Below are positions 37,100 to 49,000 of a stretch of DNA of 64,000 nucleotides, in pieces. A program made the position numbers and the translations under genes. The notes beneath the pieces were generated by a model that saw only the letters and a list, made by a program, of their open reading frames with translations, was not told the DNA's origin and ran no database searches. The DNA is from an uncultured virus (IMG/VR IMGVR_UViG_3300027278_000010) (lineage: Duplodnaviria; Heunggongvirae; Uroviricota; Caudoviricetes; Schitoviridae), in IMG/VR virus record IMGVR_UViG_3300027278_000010; one strand, given 5' to 3'. The stretch's first letter is position 1. Every line of letters starts with the position of its first letter.

Positions 37100-37130
37100 A
37101 AAACGGCCCGTCATTATAACGGGCCTTTTT
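37100..37130. terminator. Hairpin / likely terminator
   Basis: ggcccgt/acgggcc stem flanked by A- and T-tracts. Confidence 0.65.
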
Positions 37131-37144
37131 CTTCATCGACTCTA

Positions 37145-37774
37145 TCAGTCAATGCTGCCAGCTGCTTTTTGCGCATTGGCCAGCTTGGCCAATTCAGCAG
37201 GAGTCAGATCAGGCAGAATTTCCAAGGCAAATTCTTTAGCCATCTGGCTCTCAACACGAACATGCCCGGTACGACGATCTTTGATCGTGCGGATGCTCAG
37301 AAAACGACGAGCTTCCATCAGCTTGTACAAGCAGTATTCGACGTGGAAACCGTCATCGGTCACTTCACCGAATGGCACGAACTTACGGACAGTACCCAGG
37401 TACTCGTTTGCAACGGTGAGGATTTCACCCGGCAAATCTTTCTTCTTGGGGTCCAGGTTGGTAATGCGCAGACGAACCAAACGCATCTCAGTGTTATAGA
37501 GATGTTGGCGCAGGCTCAGCTTACGAACAGGAGCTGCAACGGTTTCGGATGGGGCATCGCCAACATCTTCAAGTGGATTCTTCTCAGCCACTTGTTCACC
37601 GCCTTGCTGTTCACCTTCGTCGTTCTCACGCATCTTGTCAGCAATACGCTGACGCAGAGTATCGACGCCGATGTTATTGGAAAAAGGCACACCCAGCAGG
37701 GTTGCACGTTGCTTCAAGACTTCCAGCTCATCAGGAAGGTCTTGTTCTTGCTGTTGCATTTCTGGCGTATCCAT
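37145..37774 (-). CDS. Conserved N4 gp55-like protein
   Basis: LKQRA.LLG..FSNNIG, LTPAELAKLA..Q motifs; follows capsid gene. Confidence 0.82.
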   Translation of the reverse strand: MDTPEMQQQEQDLPDELEVLKQRATLLGVPFSNNIGVDTLRQRIADKMRENDEGEQQGGEQVAEKNPLEDVGDAPSETVAAPVRKLSLRQHLYNTEMRLVRLRITNLDPKKKDLPGEILTVANEYLGTVRKFVPFGEVTDDGFHVEYCLYKLMEARRFLSIRTIKDRRTGHVRVESQMAKEFALEILPDLTPAELAKLANAQKAAGSID

Positions 37775-37834
37775 CAGTCTTCCTCGTGCGTTCTTGGAAC
37801 AAAGGGGGAGTTACCTCCCCCAATGTGTCACCCC

Positions 37835-39064
37835 TTAGATAGGTGCAACGGTTTTGGCCAGAGCGATACGCTCAGGACGTTTGACCAGGATACCGTAGTA
37901 CCACTTGATCGAACTGAAACCAGTTTCACCGTATGGATCGTTGCGGTCGGCAGTTTCCTTGCCAGGCATTTTGGTCATGACGGAGAACTTCACGGTTTTA
38001 CCATCGGTTTGGAAACCGATAGTGGTGAAGCTGTCATCACCGATAACCAGCATCGGGAACACGTCGTAGTGCTCAGCACCACCGCTCATCGAAGAACGGA
38101 AGCCAGGGTTGTCATCGACTTCAGCACCAGCACCGGCCCAGTGCAGCATCTCAGGCACTTGGATGATACGGAACTTGTCGATGGAACCGATCTCACCGTT
38201 CATCACAGTACCGGCATCGGCGTAGTGCTGAATTTCGATGAACGCTTTGTTGTCGAAAAGGTCTTTCATGCCTTTCAGCATTGGGACGATCTCGGAACCA
38301 ACGTACATCACGCGAGTGGCACCAATTACCTTGGTGTCAACATTGCGGGAACCAGTGATGATACGGGTCTGCACCGGGCAACGGTTGTCGGTCAGGATTT
38401 GATCCAGACGCATCAGGTTTTTGTAGCTGATGATCGAAGCCGGAATTTCCGGGATACCACCGTTAGCCGGGGTCACTTCACCAGTGATCTCGCTGTTCTG
38501 GGTGGCAGCACCAGCAAACAGAACAACACCAGCCGCAGCCAGCAGGTCTTTTTGTAGTACAGCTTCGGTCAGTTGAACGGCACCGGTCAGCAGCTCACGA
38601 GCCAGGTGATCCTTCAGCATGTCATCCGAATCGAAGTCCATCGACTCTTGGGTGAACTCGGTGAAGAAACCGAACTTGTGAATCGAGCCTTCACGTTGCA
38701 GACGAGTGAAACCAACACGGTTCACACGACCACCGTTCTCGGTCAGGGTCGGCAGCTTGGAGGTGATAGCACCAACGTCTTTCGAGGAACCATAGAGGTT
38801 ACCGTTGACGATGGTGACACCGTTGGCGTCGATACCTTGGTCGTTGATGTTGCGCTCATCCAGCAGAGGCACGTACTCAAAAACCTTGATGCTTTTACCG
38901 AAGTGCTTCGGCATGTTGGTTACGCTGGCGAGCGGCATGAAATACTGCTCTTTGCGCGATTCGATGATCGCTTTCTTCAGCCAGAAGAAAGTATTCATCT
39001 GGTCCGAGTTGGCACCATCAATCGAAGACTTTTGCCCGTCAGCGGGGGCGTTGTAGTTCAGCAT
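37835..39064 (-). CDS. Major capsid protein (N4 gp56 family)
   Basis: [45 protein letters not shown]. Confidence 0.95.
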   Translation of the reverse strand: MLNYNAPADGQKSSIDGANSDQMNTFFWLKKAIIESRKEQYFMPLASVTNMPKHFGKSIKVFEYVPLLDERNINDQGIDANGVTIVNGNLYGSSKDVGAITSKLPTLTENGGRVNRVGFTRLQREGSIHKFGFFTEFTQESMDFDSDDMLKDHLARELLTGAVQLTEAVLQKDLLAAAGVVLFAGAATQNSEITGEVTPANGGIPEIPASIISYKNLMRLDQILTDNRCPVQTRIITGSRNVDTKVIGATRVMYVGSEIVPMLKGMKDLFDNKAFIEIQHYADAGTVMNGEIGSIDKFRIIQVPEMLHWAGAGAEVDDNPGFRSSMSGGAEHYDVFPMLVIGDDSFTTIGFQTDGKTVKFSVMTKMPGKETADRNDPYGETGFSSIKWYYGILVKRPERIALAKTVAPI

Positions 39065-39075
39065 TTGTTATTACC

Positions 39076-40266
39076 TCAAAGGCGGCCTTGGAAATCTTTT
39101 AAGAAGTCATCGTCACTCATCGCAAGCGGATTGATCAATGGCTTCACAGGACGTGGCGAACTCCGTGTAGGAGCAGCAGCACTAACTTTTTCACCGTTCT
39201 TCACTTGTGGTTTTGGGGCCACAGTGCGAGTCGCAACAGGAGCCGGTTTTGCAGTAGGTGCTTGTTCCTGCTGAACAATATCAGCAAACGCACCAGATGC
39301 CACTAGAGCATCACCAACTTCTTTATACGACTGAAGAAACGACTGTTGCTGCGGAAGTTGGCCCAGAGTCTTACGACGTTCAATCTCAGTGACGATCCGG
39401 TCATAGATACCGGTTTCTCGCTGCACGTTGATCAACGACATAACACCAGGTTGCTTCCAAAGTAGCTCCTTGCTGGCCTGATCCCAAGTCGAGTTAATGA
39501 CGTGAAGTGTTGCTTTACCCGAATCACTGCTGGAGATTTCATCCAGAGCATTACGGAAGCTTGCTTCTTCATCACTTACAAGGTGATTGCCTTCTCGGTA
39601 AGCTGTATCAGCATTGACATCAATATCCATTGGGTCAATTTTTGCTTCTTTTACAAGCTTGGCAATTGCAGTCGGGTCTTTCTTATCCAAGTCGATCAGA
39701 TACGAAAGTTTGCCCTCATCCAACAGCCCATTGTTTTCCAACATCAGCAGCACCTTACGGTGCGGTTGGAGGTCTTGCATTTTGCGGGTGTAGTTGGCAC
39801 CCATCTTCATCAGTTGAATAGCTTCTTCCGGTGTACGGAGTTCAATCATTTTGCCGTTTGCTTTAAACGGTTTCATGATCTCGTCGTGGAATTGCTTGTA
39901 GTCAACTGGCTTGGCTTCAGTCTCTTTACCTTCAGTGCTTGCTGCTTTTTCCTTTCCAGGTTCGCTGCCAGCTTCAGGTTTAGACTTGTCGCCTTCTTCT
40001 TTGCCTTCATCCAGTTGAGCCAAGTTCTCCGGGTCATCCTCTTCGGATTCCGGCTTACCTGGTTCCTCTTCTTCAGTTTCAGGCGGTTCGGTATTTTCAA
40101 CCGGCAAAGCAGTATCGGCTGGGGCATCATCAGAAGCAGGTTCTGTAACCTCTTCAGCCCCAGTAGGCTGGGGAGTTTCCCCAGCCGCAGGGCCAGACAG
40201 ATTCAGAAAGTCTTCATCAGACATAGCCAGTACGTCTTGAACTTCATCATCAGCTGGAGTGCCCAT
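39076..40266 (-). CDS. N4 gp57-like protein (probable scaffold; often annotated tape measure)
   Basis: LAMSDEDFL / LAMSDDDFL at both ends; FKANGK, MGANYTRKMQ; acidic N-terminus. Confidence 0.82.
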   Translation of the reverse strand: MGTPADDEVQDVLAMSDEDFLNLSGPAAGETPQPTGAEEVTEPASDDAPADTALPVENTEPPETEEEEPGKPESEEDDPENLAQLDEGKEEGDKSKPEAGSEPGKEKAASTEGKETEAKPVDYKQFHDEIMKPFKANGKMIELRTPEEAIQLMKMGANYTRKMQDLQPHRKVLLMLENNGLLDEGKLSYLIDLDKKDPTAIAKLVKEAKIDPMDIDVNADTAYREGNHLVSDEEASFRNALDEISSSDSGKATLHVINSTWDQASKELLWKQPGVMSLINVQRETGIYDRIVTEIERRKTLGQLPQQQSFLQSYKEVGDALVASGAFADIVQQEQAPTAKPAPVATRTVAPKPQVKNGEKVSAAAPTRSSPRPVKPLINPLAMSDDDFLKDFQGRL

Positions 40267-40601
40267 TACTGGTTACCCTCCTCACGACGGGCTTCTTCCA
40301 AAGCCTCTTCCAGAGGAACGAGGTCACGTTCAGCAGTGTTACCCATCTGAACCACAACCGAAAGGAAACGGCGCAGGTGACCGGCAGACTGTGCAATTGC
40401 CAGCGAGTTCGCTTGGTCAATCGGGGAGAGAGCTGGGTCAGCAGAAGCTTGTGCATAACGAGCACACTCCTGAACGCAGAACTCCTCAAGCACCAGACGG
40501 CGGAAGTCTGGGTTGTTCGCCAGACGCAATGCGGTTTCACGACGCTCAATGAGAGTCTTGGAATCTGCCAGTTGTTTTTCCAGAGTATTGACTTCAGACA
40601 T
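40266..40601 (-). CDS. N4 gp58-like protein
   Basis: RLANNPDFRRLVLEEF; between portal and gp57. Confidence 0.8.
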   Translation of the reverse strand: MSEVNTLEKQLADSKTLIERRETALRLANNPDFRRLVLEEFCVQECARYAQASADPALSPIDQANSLAIAQSAGHLRRFLSVVVQMGNTAERDLVPLEEALEEARREEGNQ

Positions 40602-40620
40602 GCTGATTAGTCCCTTGCGG

Positions 40621-42840
40621 TTAATTGATTACAGGTTGTGGGGCGGAGGGTACACCAGGTTCTACATTACTTGGAAGTCCGCCTTGTTCTTCAAGTGTAT
40701 CACTAAGTTGGTTGAAGCCAACAGCCGCAGAAATATCAGGGGCTGATTCGCCTTCTTTACGTGGGGCAGTCAGTGCCTTAGTAATCTGAAGGTCTTGGTT
40801 ACCCTTGGCTTGGCCTTTTTGTTTTTCCATTTCACGGGCATGTTTAGTGCCTGTTTCCTGTTCAACGTAATCCAAATCTTTGATGTCTTTTTCAGCCAAA
40901 GTAAGTTTGGCTTTTGCATCGTTGACCATGATTTCAGAACGTAGTTTCTCGTTCTCAAGCTCAGCTTTTTCAATGGCCAATTCTTGCAGACGAATCTGCT
41001 CTGGGCTTGGTTTAGGTGCCCAACGACGAAGCTTCTCAGCCAACTCAGGCATACGCTTCAAGTCAGCAATCTCAGCCAGAATCATCATCACAACACTTGG
41101 GTCATGGTTCGGGCCGATTGTCTGAAGCATGAATGCCAAGTCTTTTGCTTTGGCGTCATCAACTTCAGCAGTTGAGATATCGGTCTCAAGATCGAAGTTA
41201 CCGATCAGGTCTTCCCGTTTTACCTCAATGAACTCTTTGTTCGTAATGCGGATGATTTCAACTTCAGACAGGAACACGCCGTTCATGGCGATGATCTTGT
41301 TACCAATCTCCGTCATGCCTTTTGCAAGACGACGCAGAATAGCCATTTCACGTTTAGATGCGGCATCCAGAACACCCCGGATACCTGCCGCCACATCCCC
41401 ATAAGCTTCCCCGCTGATGCCACCACCAAAGGATTTAACCCCGGTGAGTGCTTCTGCTTCTTGGTTCTGAAGGTTCAACATCAACAGTCCAGACTGAGGC
41501 AGCTCAGGGTACTTGTGCTCAATGACGCCCTGCTGTGGATGCACGTTAGGGTTGAACTCGTAGTCTTCGCCATTCTCATAACGACGACGGTTCAAGGCAT
41601 CCAGCATGCCTTTGGCAATGCCTTGTTGGCTATTTGCCGAACGACCAAGAAGGTCAATCATCCCACGGGTAACAGCACCCAGAATTTTCTGGTTGTCTTC
41701 CAGCAATTCTGCGTCAGGCTCACCGTAAAGATTCCGCTTAACCGGGAGGTATGGAACCAACACGAAAGGAAGTTTGCCGTCCGGGAACGGGTTTTCTTCC
41801 ATACGAATTGGCACATCACCAATCCAAGTAGCAACGATTGGGGTCAGAGTGCCGTCACCGTTGATATCCTGAAAACCCCAGTATTCGTAAGCCACAACCT
41901 TTTTCCGAAGGGAGTCGCTGAACTGGTAGCTATCTGGTGTGCTTGTGGAGTGGTCAGGCTGAGCCAATGGGGCATTGCCTTCCCAGTTCACTGCATCCAG
42001 GTTTTTGTAACGCTCAGGTTCCTTGAGCAATTCAGCTTTGTTTGTCTCAAAGGACACGATCACAAACAGAGCTTTACTCAGATCACCGTTACAGGACGGG
42101 TCGATGATTACGTTCTGTGGGTCCAGCAGATCGACAACTGGTTGGTTGATCAAGACTTTTTCAGTCTGGACTTCTTCTTCACCAACCTGAACGGCATAAG
42201 TTACTTGCTCAGTTTCCAGGTAAAGATCAATCGCAGCTTTCACTTCCTTGGGAACAACTTCCTCGTATTCACGAGGATTCTGCCCACGCAGGTCCATGGC
42301 AGCTTGGAAGACTTCAATCTGGCTTTCGTCTTGGATCGGCAGGAACTCGTATGTCGGTGCCATTTCCGTGATTGGAACGGTCACCCGTTTCCAGCCAACA
42401 CGAGTGATCGAAGTACCTTCGTCAACAGTGGCACGAACAAAGTTATCGACAAACTGCACCCGGTTCATCTTCGTGCGGAATTGCCAGTTCAAAACCAACT
42501 CATTCTGTACAGAAGCAGGACCGTCTTCAAAGGTAACCGGAGACACTTTGAAGAGTTTGTTGGTTCCCAAGAATGGTTCTGTCAGTGCTGCATAACGCCA
42601 CTCAGCCTGACGACGAATGAGTTTGGGCTGAACACTGGAACGACCGCTCGCCTTCTTTGGTTTGGCAGAGCCACGCACAGCCATGAGATCAGACCAACGT
42701 GTGATGTTGGACATCTGGCTTTGGTGAGCTGGACGTGCGTTTTCCAAATCCTGTTTGAGAGAGCGAATATCCGGCTCGATCTCCCAATCAGTCAAACGCG
42801 AAATGCCACGAGCATCCGGCTGGTTCTTGTCTTGTTCCAT
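40621..42840 (-). CDS. Portal protein
   Basis: [43 protein letters not shown]; likely ATG 42840. Confidence 0.93.
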   Translation of the reverse strand: MEQDKNQPDARGISRLTDWEIEPDIRSLKQDLENARPAHQSQMSNITRWSDLMAVRGSAKPKKASGRSSVQPKLIRRQAEWRYAALTEPFLGTNKLFKVSPVTFEDGPASVQNELVLNWQFRTKMNRVQFVDNFVRATVDEGTSITRVGWKRVTVPITEMAPTYEFLPIQDESQIEVFQAAMDLRGQNPREYEEVVPKEVKAAIDLYLETEQVTYAVQVGEEEVQTEKVLINQPVVDLLDPQNVIIDPSCNGDLSKALFVIVSFETNKAELLKEPERYKNLDAVNWEGNAPLAQPDHSTSTPDSYQFSDSLRKKVVAYEYWGFQDINGDGTLTPIVATWIGDVPIRMEENPFPDGKLPFVLVPYLPVKRNLYGEPDAELLEDNQKILGAVTRGMIDLLGRSANSQQGIAKGMLDALNRRRYENGEDYEFNPNVHPQQGVIEHKYPELPQSGLLMLNLQNQEAEALTGVKSFGGGISGEAYGDVAAGIRGVLDAASKREMAILRRLAKGMTEIGNKIIAMNGVFLSEVEIIRITNKEFIEVKREDLIGNFDLETDISTAEVDDAKAKDLAFMLQTIGPNHDPSVVMMILAEIADLKRMPELAEKLRRWAPKPSPEQIRLQELAIEKAELENEKLRSEIMVNDAKAKLTLAEKDIKDLDYVEQETGTKHAREMEKQKGQAKGNQDLQITKALTAPRKEGESAPDISAAVGFNQLSDTLEEQGGLPSNVEPGVPSAPQPVIN

Positions 42841-42848
42841 GTCAGGTC

Positions 42849-43358
42849 TCATTCATTAAGTAATTTACGGTCAGCAAGTAGTTGGTTACCCAACTCAATC
42901 AATTGCCGTTCACGGAGTCTAAGAGTGTCCCGGAGTTCTGCAACCAGTGATCGGCCTTCTTCAAGAGATTGGTCGAGTCGGGCTGCATGGCTTGCAAGGT
43001 TGTCTCGCTCAGCTTCGGTGCCTTGGGCTTGACGTTTGTAGGCAGATTCTCTACCGGCGCTGAGCAACAACCGCTTAGCAAAACCAGCCCGCTGCTCAGA
43101 AAGAGCAAGGTCATAATCGTTTTTCGCTTTAGCAAGCTCATCGTTAATCCTTGTAGTCGTTTCAATGTGAACCAATTGGTCTTTGGCAATTTGGTCTTTC
43201 AGCTTATCAATCTGCTCTTTATGGGCAATTTTTTCTTTGTCCCATTCTCGCTGAATCTCTGCTTTTCCAGAGGAGATACCTTCAGAGTACACCCCATAGA
43301 AGATTGCCGAGACAAGAGCAACAAAAGCCAGTGCAATTACCCAATTGACTATTTTCAC
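42849..43358 (-). CDS. Rz: i-spanin
   Basis: N-terminal TM segment then coiled coil; follows endolysin. Confidence 0.85.
   Translation of the reverse strand: MKIVNWVIALAFVALVSAIFYGVYSEGISSGKAEIQREWDKEKIAHKEQIDKLKDQIAKDQLVHIETTTRINDELAKAKNDYDLALSEQRAGFAKRLLLSAGRESAYKRQAQGTEAERDNLASHAARLDQSLEEGRSLVAELRDTLRLRERQLIELGNQLLADRKLLNE
42899..43141 (-). CDS. Rz1: o-spanin lipoprotein embedded in i-spanin gene
   Basis: AAGGA SD; MSLLKRK...LLSGC lipobox, Pro-rich mature part, alternate frame. Confidence 0.82.
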   Translation of the reverse strand: MSLLKRKTIMTLLFLSSGLVLLSGCCSAPVENLPTNVKPKAPKLSETTLQAMQPDSTNLLKKADHWLQNSGTLLDSVNGN

Positions 43359-43963
43359 TTAACTTCGTCCTTGCAGTGGGACAGGGGTATGTTGCCAATT
43401 CGATTGTCCACCCAACCTGGAGTGAATCCTGATAGGTGACTCAAGCTCATGTAGTGCACTGCCTGCTGGGCATCCATGAGTTTTAAAACCAACTCACAGG
43501 CACGAACTTTACCCCGAACTTTTTGTAGACCTTTATAGGAGGTAATCGTACCAGGTCCGACTTTTCCATCAACAACAATCGTTGGGTAATCCTTACCCCC
43601 TCGATTGAGTGCGTTCAACGCTGTCTGGAACCAACGAGAAGAACGCCCTGTGCCAGCATTCACACCGGCATCTACTAATTTGTGACCAACAGCAGGGGAC
43701 ACCTCAATCACTTCTATGTACTTGGGTCGCTCAATATAATCCGCGACATAGATGGTCTTTGCTTGCTCAAGCGTCAGATCCCGCATTGGCCCGGTGTATC
43801 CATTGGCTTTGGCAGTTGCAACTGTGATGCCGTGGTTTGTTTCGCCACCGGGGTCTTTTGGATTATTGACGTAACCCCCTTCCATAGCAAAAACGGCAGA
43901 CAGGACTACCCCAATTGCCGACACCATGCCTGCTCGTTCTTTCCAACTACTCGTCATTTTCAT
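43355..43963 (-). CDS. SAR endolysin, GH108 muramidase (N4 gp61-like)
   Basis: EGGYVNNPKDPGGETNHGIT, VDGKVGPGT, GWVDNRI; weakly hydrophobic N-terminus. Confidence 0.92.
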   Translation of the reverse strand: MKMTSSWKERAGMVSAIGVVLSAVFAMEGGYVNNPKDPGGETNHGITVATAKANGYTGPMRDLTLEQAKTIYVADYIERPKYIEVIEVSPAVGHKLVDAGVNAGTGRSSRWFQTALNALNRGGKDYPTIVVDGKVGPGTITSYKGLQKVRGKVRACELVLKLMDAQQAVHYMSLSHLSGFTPGWVDNRIGNIPLSHCKDEVK

Positions 43964-44189
43964 CGGCCCCTTTGAGCTTCAGTATTCTCCCAAAAATACC
44001 AAGAACAAACAGCGATAGAGCAATGTGTTGTGAGTTAGGGATGTTCGCCTGCAATTCAGATGGTATGGCCAGCCATGTTTGATTGACGATCTCCCACAGA
44101 ACCATCAACACAGCACCCACTGTACTGATTTGAATCGAAGCAAATTTCCAGGCTTTCTTCCAATCAGGCACCAACTCCAATTTTTTCAT
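43947..44189 (-). CDS. Holin-like membrane protein
   Basis: LVPDWKKAWKFASIQ start, two TM segments, charged C-terminus. Confidence 0.75.
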   Translation of the reverse strand: MKKLELVPDWKKAWKFASIQISTVGAVLMVLWEIVNQTWLAIPSELQANIPNSQHIALSLFVLGIFGRILKLKGADENDE

Positions 44190-44515
44190 TTGAAAAAGGC
44201 TCCGATCTCAGCCCGGAGACCAAACAGAAAACCAATAATTCCTGCCCCAATAGTCCAAGCCCATTTACCCATCAGACCAGCCCCAACAACCTTGTGTTTG
44301 ATTGTGATGAACTCATCAATCGTAGGTGTCGCTCTCGCCAGAGAAGACTCCACATTCTCAACACGACTACCAATAGCGTTCAGTGAATGGCTTATAGAAT
44401 CGATCCTTTCACGACTCTGACGATGCTCAAGTCTGTCCTCTTCCATGCGAAAGAGAATGGTCTTCATCCGTTCTTCTTGGCGGGCCATCTGAATTTCTAC
44501 AGACTCGTTGCTCAT
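44186..44515 (-). CDS. Lysis-cassette coiled-coil protein with C-terminal TM (N4 gp63-like)
   Basis: QMARQEER, PTIDEFITIKHKVVGAG; likely ATG 44515. Confidence 0.75.
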   Translation of the reverse strand: MSNESVEIQMARQEERMKTILFRMEEDRLEHRQSRERIDSISHSLNAIGSRVENVESSLARATPTIDEFITIKHKVVGAGLMGKWAWTIGAGIIGFLFGLRAEIGAFFK

Positions 44516-44585
44516 AATGGTCAGACCCTTTCTTGAATAGTTGGGTGGAATCTTACCGACTCCACCCACTATTTTCTAATTGGAA

Positions 44586-46016
44586 TTACTCGATTGGTTC
44601 TGGTGAGAGGAGTTCTCTGTGTTGCAAACACAAAGCCAAAGCCTCAAGCACTTCCCCTTGCTCAAAACCATAAACCTCAAACCCATCTGGATTTTTAGTA
44701 AAGGCACCGTGCATGTCGGTGTCCTCAACAACTTGAAGTGGAACCAACGAAGTGACCAGACGGTGGATCACATAACGGGCTTTCACCAAGTCGTAGCCAG
44801 CCACTGCACAGAAGACTGCACCCTTCAAAGCAAGCCCAATGTCGTGAGCAGAGGGTGTTGTGTACTTCGGATCAAGGTAGCTGTCTTTTGGGAAAGGTGT
44901 GCCTTGTGTCCAGCCTGGTGGACGCCAGTCATTAGGAACACCTGGTGAGTCTGGATTCTCCACCATCCACCCATGCAACCAGTCAAAAAACCGAGTATTG
45001 ACGGCAACAATTTTAGCCATCAACTCCGGTGGGATTACGTTGTTGGTTAGTGTTGCCTCATACCAGGTGCGCCCCATCGAGTCGAATGCACGGTACTGCC
45101 AACCATCCCATGCTGGGTTACCGTCCGGACCATCCCAAACCCAAGTGTCGATCTCCCCGTTTTGCTCACAATCCCACAGAGCTTGCAGGTAAATGTGCAT
45201 CCATGGTCCAAAAATCTCATCAGGACTTCGGGCACGAAATTGCTCTTGCGCCTCCAACATGAAATCAATCATGCCTTCCAGTTTCTCCATGTCATTGGCA
45301 TGAATCCATGGGGTACCGCCCTGGTAACCAGCAACAATGGGACCACGGTACGGGAGCACAGAAAGACGATTACGAGGGCCATTCAGTTGGAGACCAAACG
45401 GTAAAGCACCAATGTAGCGGACAGGTTTCCGTGTCGCATTAGTAACTTCTACTGTCCCAATTTTCCAAGTATGGGCTGTCGGGTTTTTATCGGTCAGAAT
45501 CACTTTACGCAGTGAACCAGCAGAAGCAGTAACGGGAGTTCGTCCAGCTAAATAGGCAATGCTCAGTGTCTGTTCTTGGTCGTTTTCATCACCGTGAACA
45601 CCTTCGGCTCCATTGAACTGGAAGGCCAGAATTGCCCCGGAAGCAGGTGCCGTTGGTGGAGTGCCAACGTTTTCTTGGACCGTGTGTAGACTAAACTGGA
45701 CCCAAGACCACCCACGCTCTTTCACCTGGTTCTGTTGCGGACACGGTGCTGCCCACAACCAACCATCTGAGTCTTTGACAACAAACAGCATATCCGAGGT
45801 ACTTGTGTACATCAGCTTAGGCGGTTTGGTGATGTTGAATGCTGGGTTGATTTGATCGTAAGTGATACCAAATCCGGCTTGAGCATTCGGAATAGTGAAA
45901 CTCTGACACAACAACTGTCCACCAATGGCAGTTGCCTTATAACCCACGGTGATGTCTACCCCGTCATTGAAGTCGAAGTAGGTATTACCGGGCAACCAAA
46001 CGTTGTAGTTGGCCAT
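44586..46016 (-). CDS. Tail protein resembling C-terminal part of N4 gp65
   Basis: GALPF, YRGPIVAGYQ, WDGPDGN..WDGWQYRA, YGFEQGE motifs recalled from gp65-like proteins; AGGA SD. Confidence 0.7.
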   Translation of the reverse strand: MANYNVWLPGNTYFDFNDGVDITVGYKATAIGGQLLCQSFTIPNAQAGFGITYDQINPAFNITKPPKLMYTSTSDMLFVVKDSDGWLWAAPCPQQNQVKERGWSWVQFSLHTVQENVGTPPTAPASGAILAFQFNGAEGVHGDENDQEQTLSIAYLAGRTPVTASAGSLRKVILTDKNPTAHTWKIGTVEVTNATRKPVRYIGALPFGLQLNGPRNRLSVLPYRGPIVAGYQGGTPWIHANDMEKLEGMIDFMLEAQEQFRARSPDEIFGPWMHIYLQALWDCEQNGEIDTWVWDGPDGNPAWDGWQYRAFDSMGRTWYEATLTNNVIPPELMAKIVAVNTRFFDWLHGWMVENPDSPGVPNDWRPPGWTQGTPFPKDSYLDPKYTTPSAHDIGLALKGAVFCAVAGYDLVKARYVIHRLVTSLVPLQVVEDTDMHGAFTKNPDGFEVYGFEQGEVLEALALCLQHRELLSPEPIE

Positions 46017-46064
46017 GTGTTTATCCTGATAAGTTGAGGGGGCATCTAATGCCCCCTCTCTGTT

Positions 46065-49000
46065 TTACAGTGGCAGAGCGCTCGTAACCTTACGCAGACT
46101 GTTGTTCTTCAAAATGATACTCCCCACAACACCAGAGGTGGAGCAATCAAACGAGAACTGAAACTTGAAGTCAGCATACCGAATGGTTTCACCAGATTGG
46201 TAGGGTGGAACAGTAATGGCCGGTGCTCTCATATGGATGGTGCGATTGCCTACAGGCAAACGGATTTTGTCCATATCAGATGGTGGCCAGAAGAACAGAT
46301 GGTTACCAAAACTCTGTCGAACAGAGCCAAAGGTTTGGGCTGGTATGTTGGCAAAAGTTGACAGTGCCAAGTTGCACGACAGCATTTGCCCAACCAGATT
46401 CACCATCTTAATGTCGGCTTCAGCTAGTAAAGTGTTGCCAGCAGAGAAGACCGTGTTAGCCCGTGGATCACCTTGGTCAGGCGAGTTCCAGCCCCAGTTA
46501 TCCCAAGGTCCATGTTGGTCTCGTGGTACAGAGGTCACCACCACAAACGACTCGTTTTTGTTACCAGTGGCTGGGATATTGAGGTCAATTTTAATTGCCG
46601 GAACGCCCTCATCCGTCACAATAGAAACAGAAACAGTACCTGGGGCAAAGGTAGCATCGCCCATGTACTCAAGCACTTTGGGGTATTCACCAGCAAGGTC
46701 ACCCCACGTGTAGTTCATGAAGTTTGAGTAGTTGCCTCCAACACCAATCCCCATAACTTGGTTTTCGTCGTTGGTGGATTTCCACAGGTTCCAACAGTCC
46801 GGCAACACACCATGCTGATAACCAGCATGGTTACCTCCAGATAACAACGCATTACCCAGTCCAGTTGCCCAACCAATAGAACTCAGGTTGAACGAAACAG
46901 GAATAGTGGCTGTGGCTTTATAAGCCGTAAAAGACAAACTGCTGTTTGGAATGATGTTTGGTCCAAGAGTCAAAGAACCAAGTTGAGTACGGCTAGGGCG
47001 GGCTGGAACTCCTGCCTCGACCATAACTTCAGCCAGTTTTCTGCCCATCACGTATGCCCCAATTGGTCCGGGGTGCAGACCGTCATGACAAGCAACATGT
47101 CCTGGAAACTCAGGGCTGTAATTACCCAAAGTGTAAGTGCCCAGTGGATTTACGTCATCCGACACCATGCCAAAAGGGTCAATCCCATTCGGACCAAGAA
47201 GGTCTTCTGTTGCATCCACAAGCCAGATATTCGGGTGTGTACCTGATGCTACCCACGAACGCAGACCTTCGTTGACGTCTTCAAGACGTGCCCGAATAGT
47301 GTCCATTTCGCTGATGCTATAGCCCTTCAGCAAATCCCGAGTACGTGGGCAGATCGCCATGAGAAATACCCATTTGCCTCTGCTCGCTAAGTCAGTAGCA
47401 GCCCGTTTGATGTTGAACAAAACTTCAGGAGCAGGAATGTTCCCCGAAAGGTCGTTAGTACCCCCCATCATGACAACAACATCAAAACGACTGATGTTGT
47501 TCAAGGCAGCGTACATTGGGCCTTGCCAAAGCACACCATCGCCCAGTGTGTCATCACTTTCCTCCCACCAATTGACAACCCGTGTACCTGCAATTGCAAA
47601 GTTCAAACCATGCTTTTGTCCCTGAACGTCTGTGGTAATGCCTGGTTCAAAGGACAAACGACCATCCAAGATATGGTCTGCATGTGTCCAGTAACCACAC
47701 ACACCAGATCCCCAGTTTTCATACATACCAGTGTTCCCTTTAGGGGGAATGTATGCGGTGTTGTAGTGTGTGATTGAGTCACCAACCATGGCCAGGCGAC
47801 GGCCTGGAAAAGGTACAGCAGCATATTCTGGAAGAGTGCTACCGTCGTCTTCCCAATCACCAGATTGAGTGCCATCTGCATCGCCTGGGCTTTGCTGAAA
47901 CTGATAGAACTGACCAACACCCACATTCTGCGGAACACTGTCAGGACCAATCAGTAAAATCGTTTCGTATACCTGCTCATCCTCACCACTAATAGCCATA
48001 GACACTGTTTGGTTAATGGTGGACTTCATGTCCACAGCAAACTGTGAATTGGCTGTGTAGTCGATATAGACAGGGTTGTTTTCAAAAGCAACACCGTAGC
48101 GAATAGGCAATCCACTACCTACTTCAGCAGACTCATTCTGCATAGTGAACGCAACATACCCATCTTGAGAACGTTCAGCCACATAGCGTGAAGTAGGGGG
48201 CACCGCATTCCAATTGGTGGCCGGATCGTCGATGTCATCACGACCATAGGCATAGCCATAGGTCAATGGGAAATTATTGTAAGGCCCGTCTGCTCCTGCC
48301 TGGAAAATGCGAGTGTTGTTCGACTCTTGATCACAGGTTTGAATCCAGACTTCCATCATGCGATCAAAAGCATTCCGCCAATCAGGGTTGTTTGGCTCCA
48401 TCTCCATACCCAAGGAGAAAGCATCAAGGAACCAGTGAATAGCATCAGCCGCCGTGGACACCTCGTTATCTGCCAGCTTACGCCACATTGGCCAAGCCTC
48501 GTACAGATCACCGTAAGGCACCATCACGTCTACAACAGTGGTGCAGTAGTTCACACCACAGACGGTATTCGCGTTTGTAGTGAGGACAATTTTACCTGGA
48601 GCACCGTCGTTATGTTGGCCAGCTGGAATAGCAGGTTGACCAAAGGAACCACCTTTCTGGGTGCCAAAGATCTTGTTGCCACCGGCGTCGATGTAATACT
48701 CGACATCGTACTGAACCCCAGTTTCCAAATCAGAAAACACGTTCAACCAAACAAACGTAGATTCCGGGCTGACCACCTGATAAACAATGTCAGGTGCGGG
48801 GTTCAGTTGACCAACTCCAGCCGTGAAGGTCACAGAAGATTGGGTGTCACGACCGTAGATATAGCCACTGAGTGCCAAGTCTCCAGAAGACTGCAATGGG
48901 CCACGGACATTGAAAGCTGCCCCACCATTACAAATCCATGAGTGATGCCAGCCTTGACCAGTTTCATCTGTGGGACGTTCCCCACGGAAAAAGAACTGGC

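Noticed and set aside
7004..43032. Many long antisense ORFs opposite rIIB, SSB, vRNAP, capsid and portal
   Set aside because: Shadow frames caused by codon bias; no motifs or SDs
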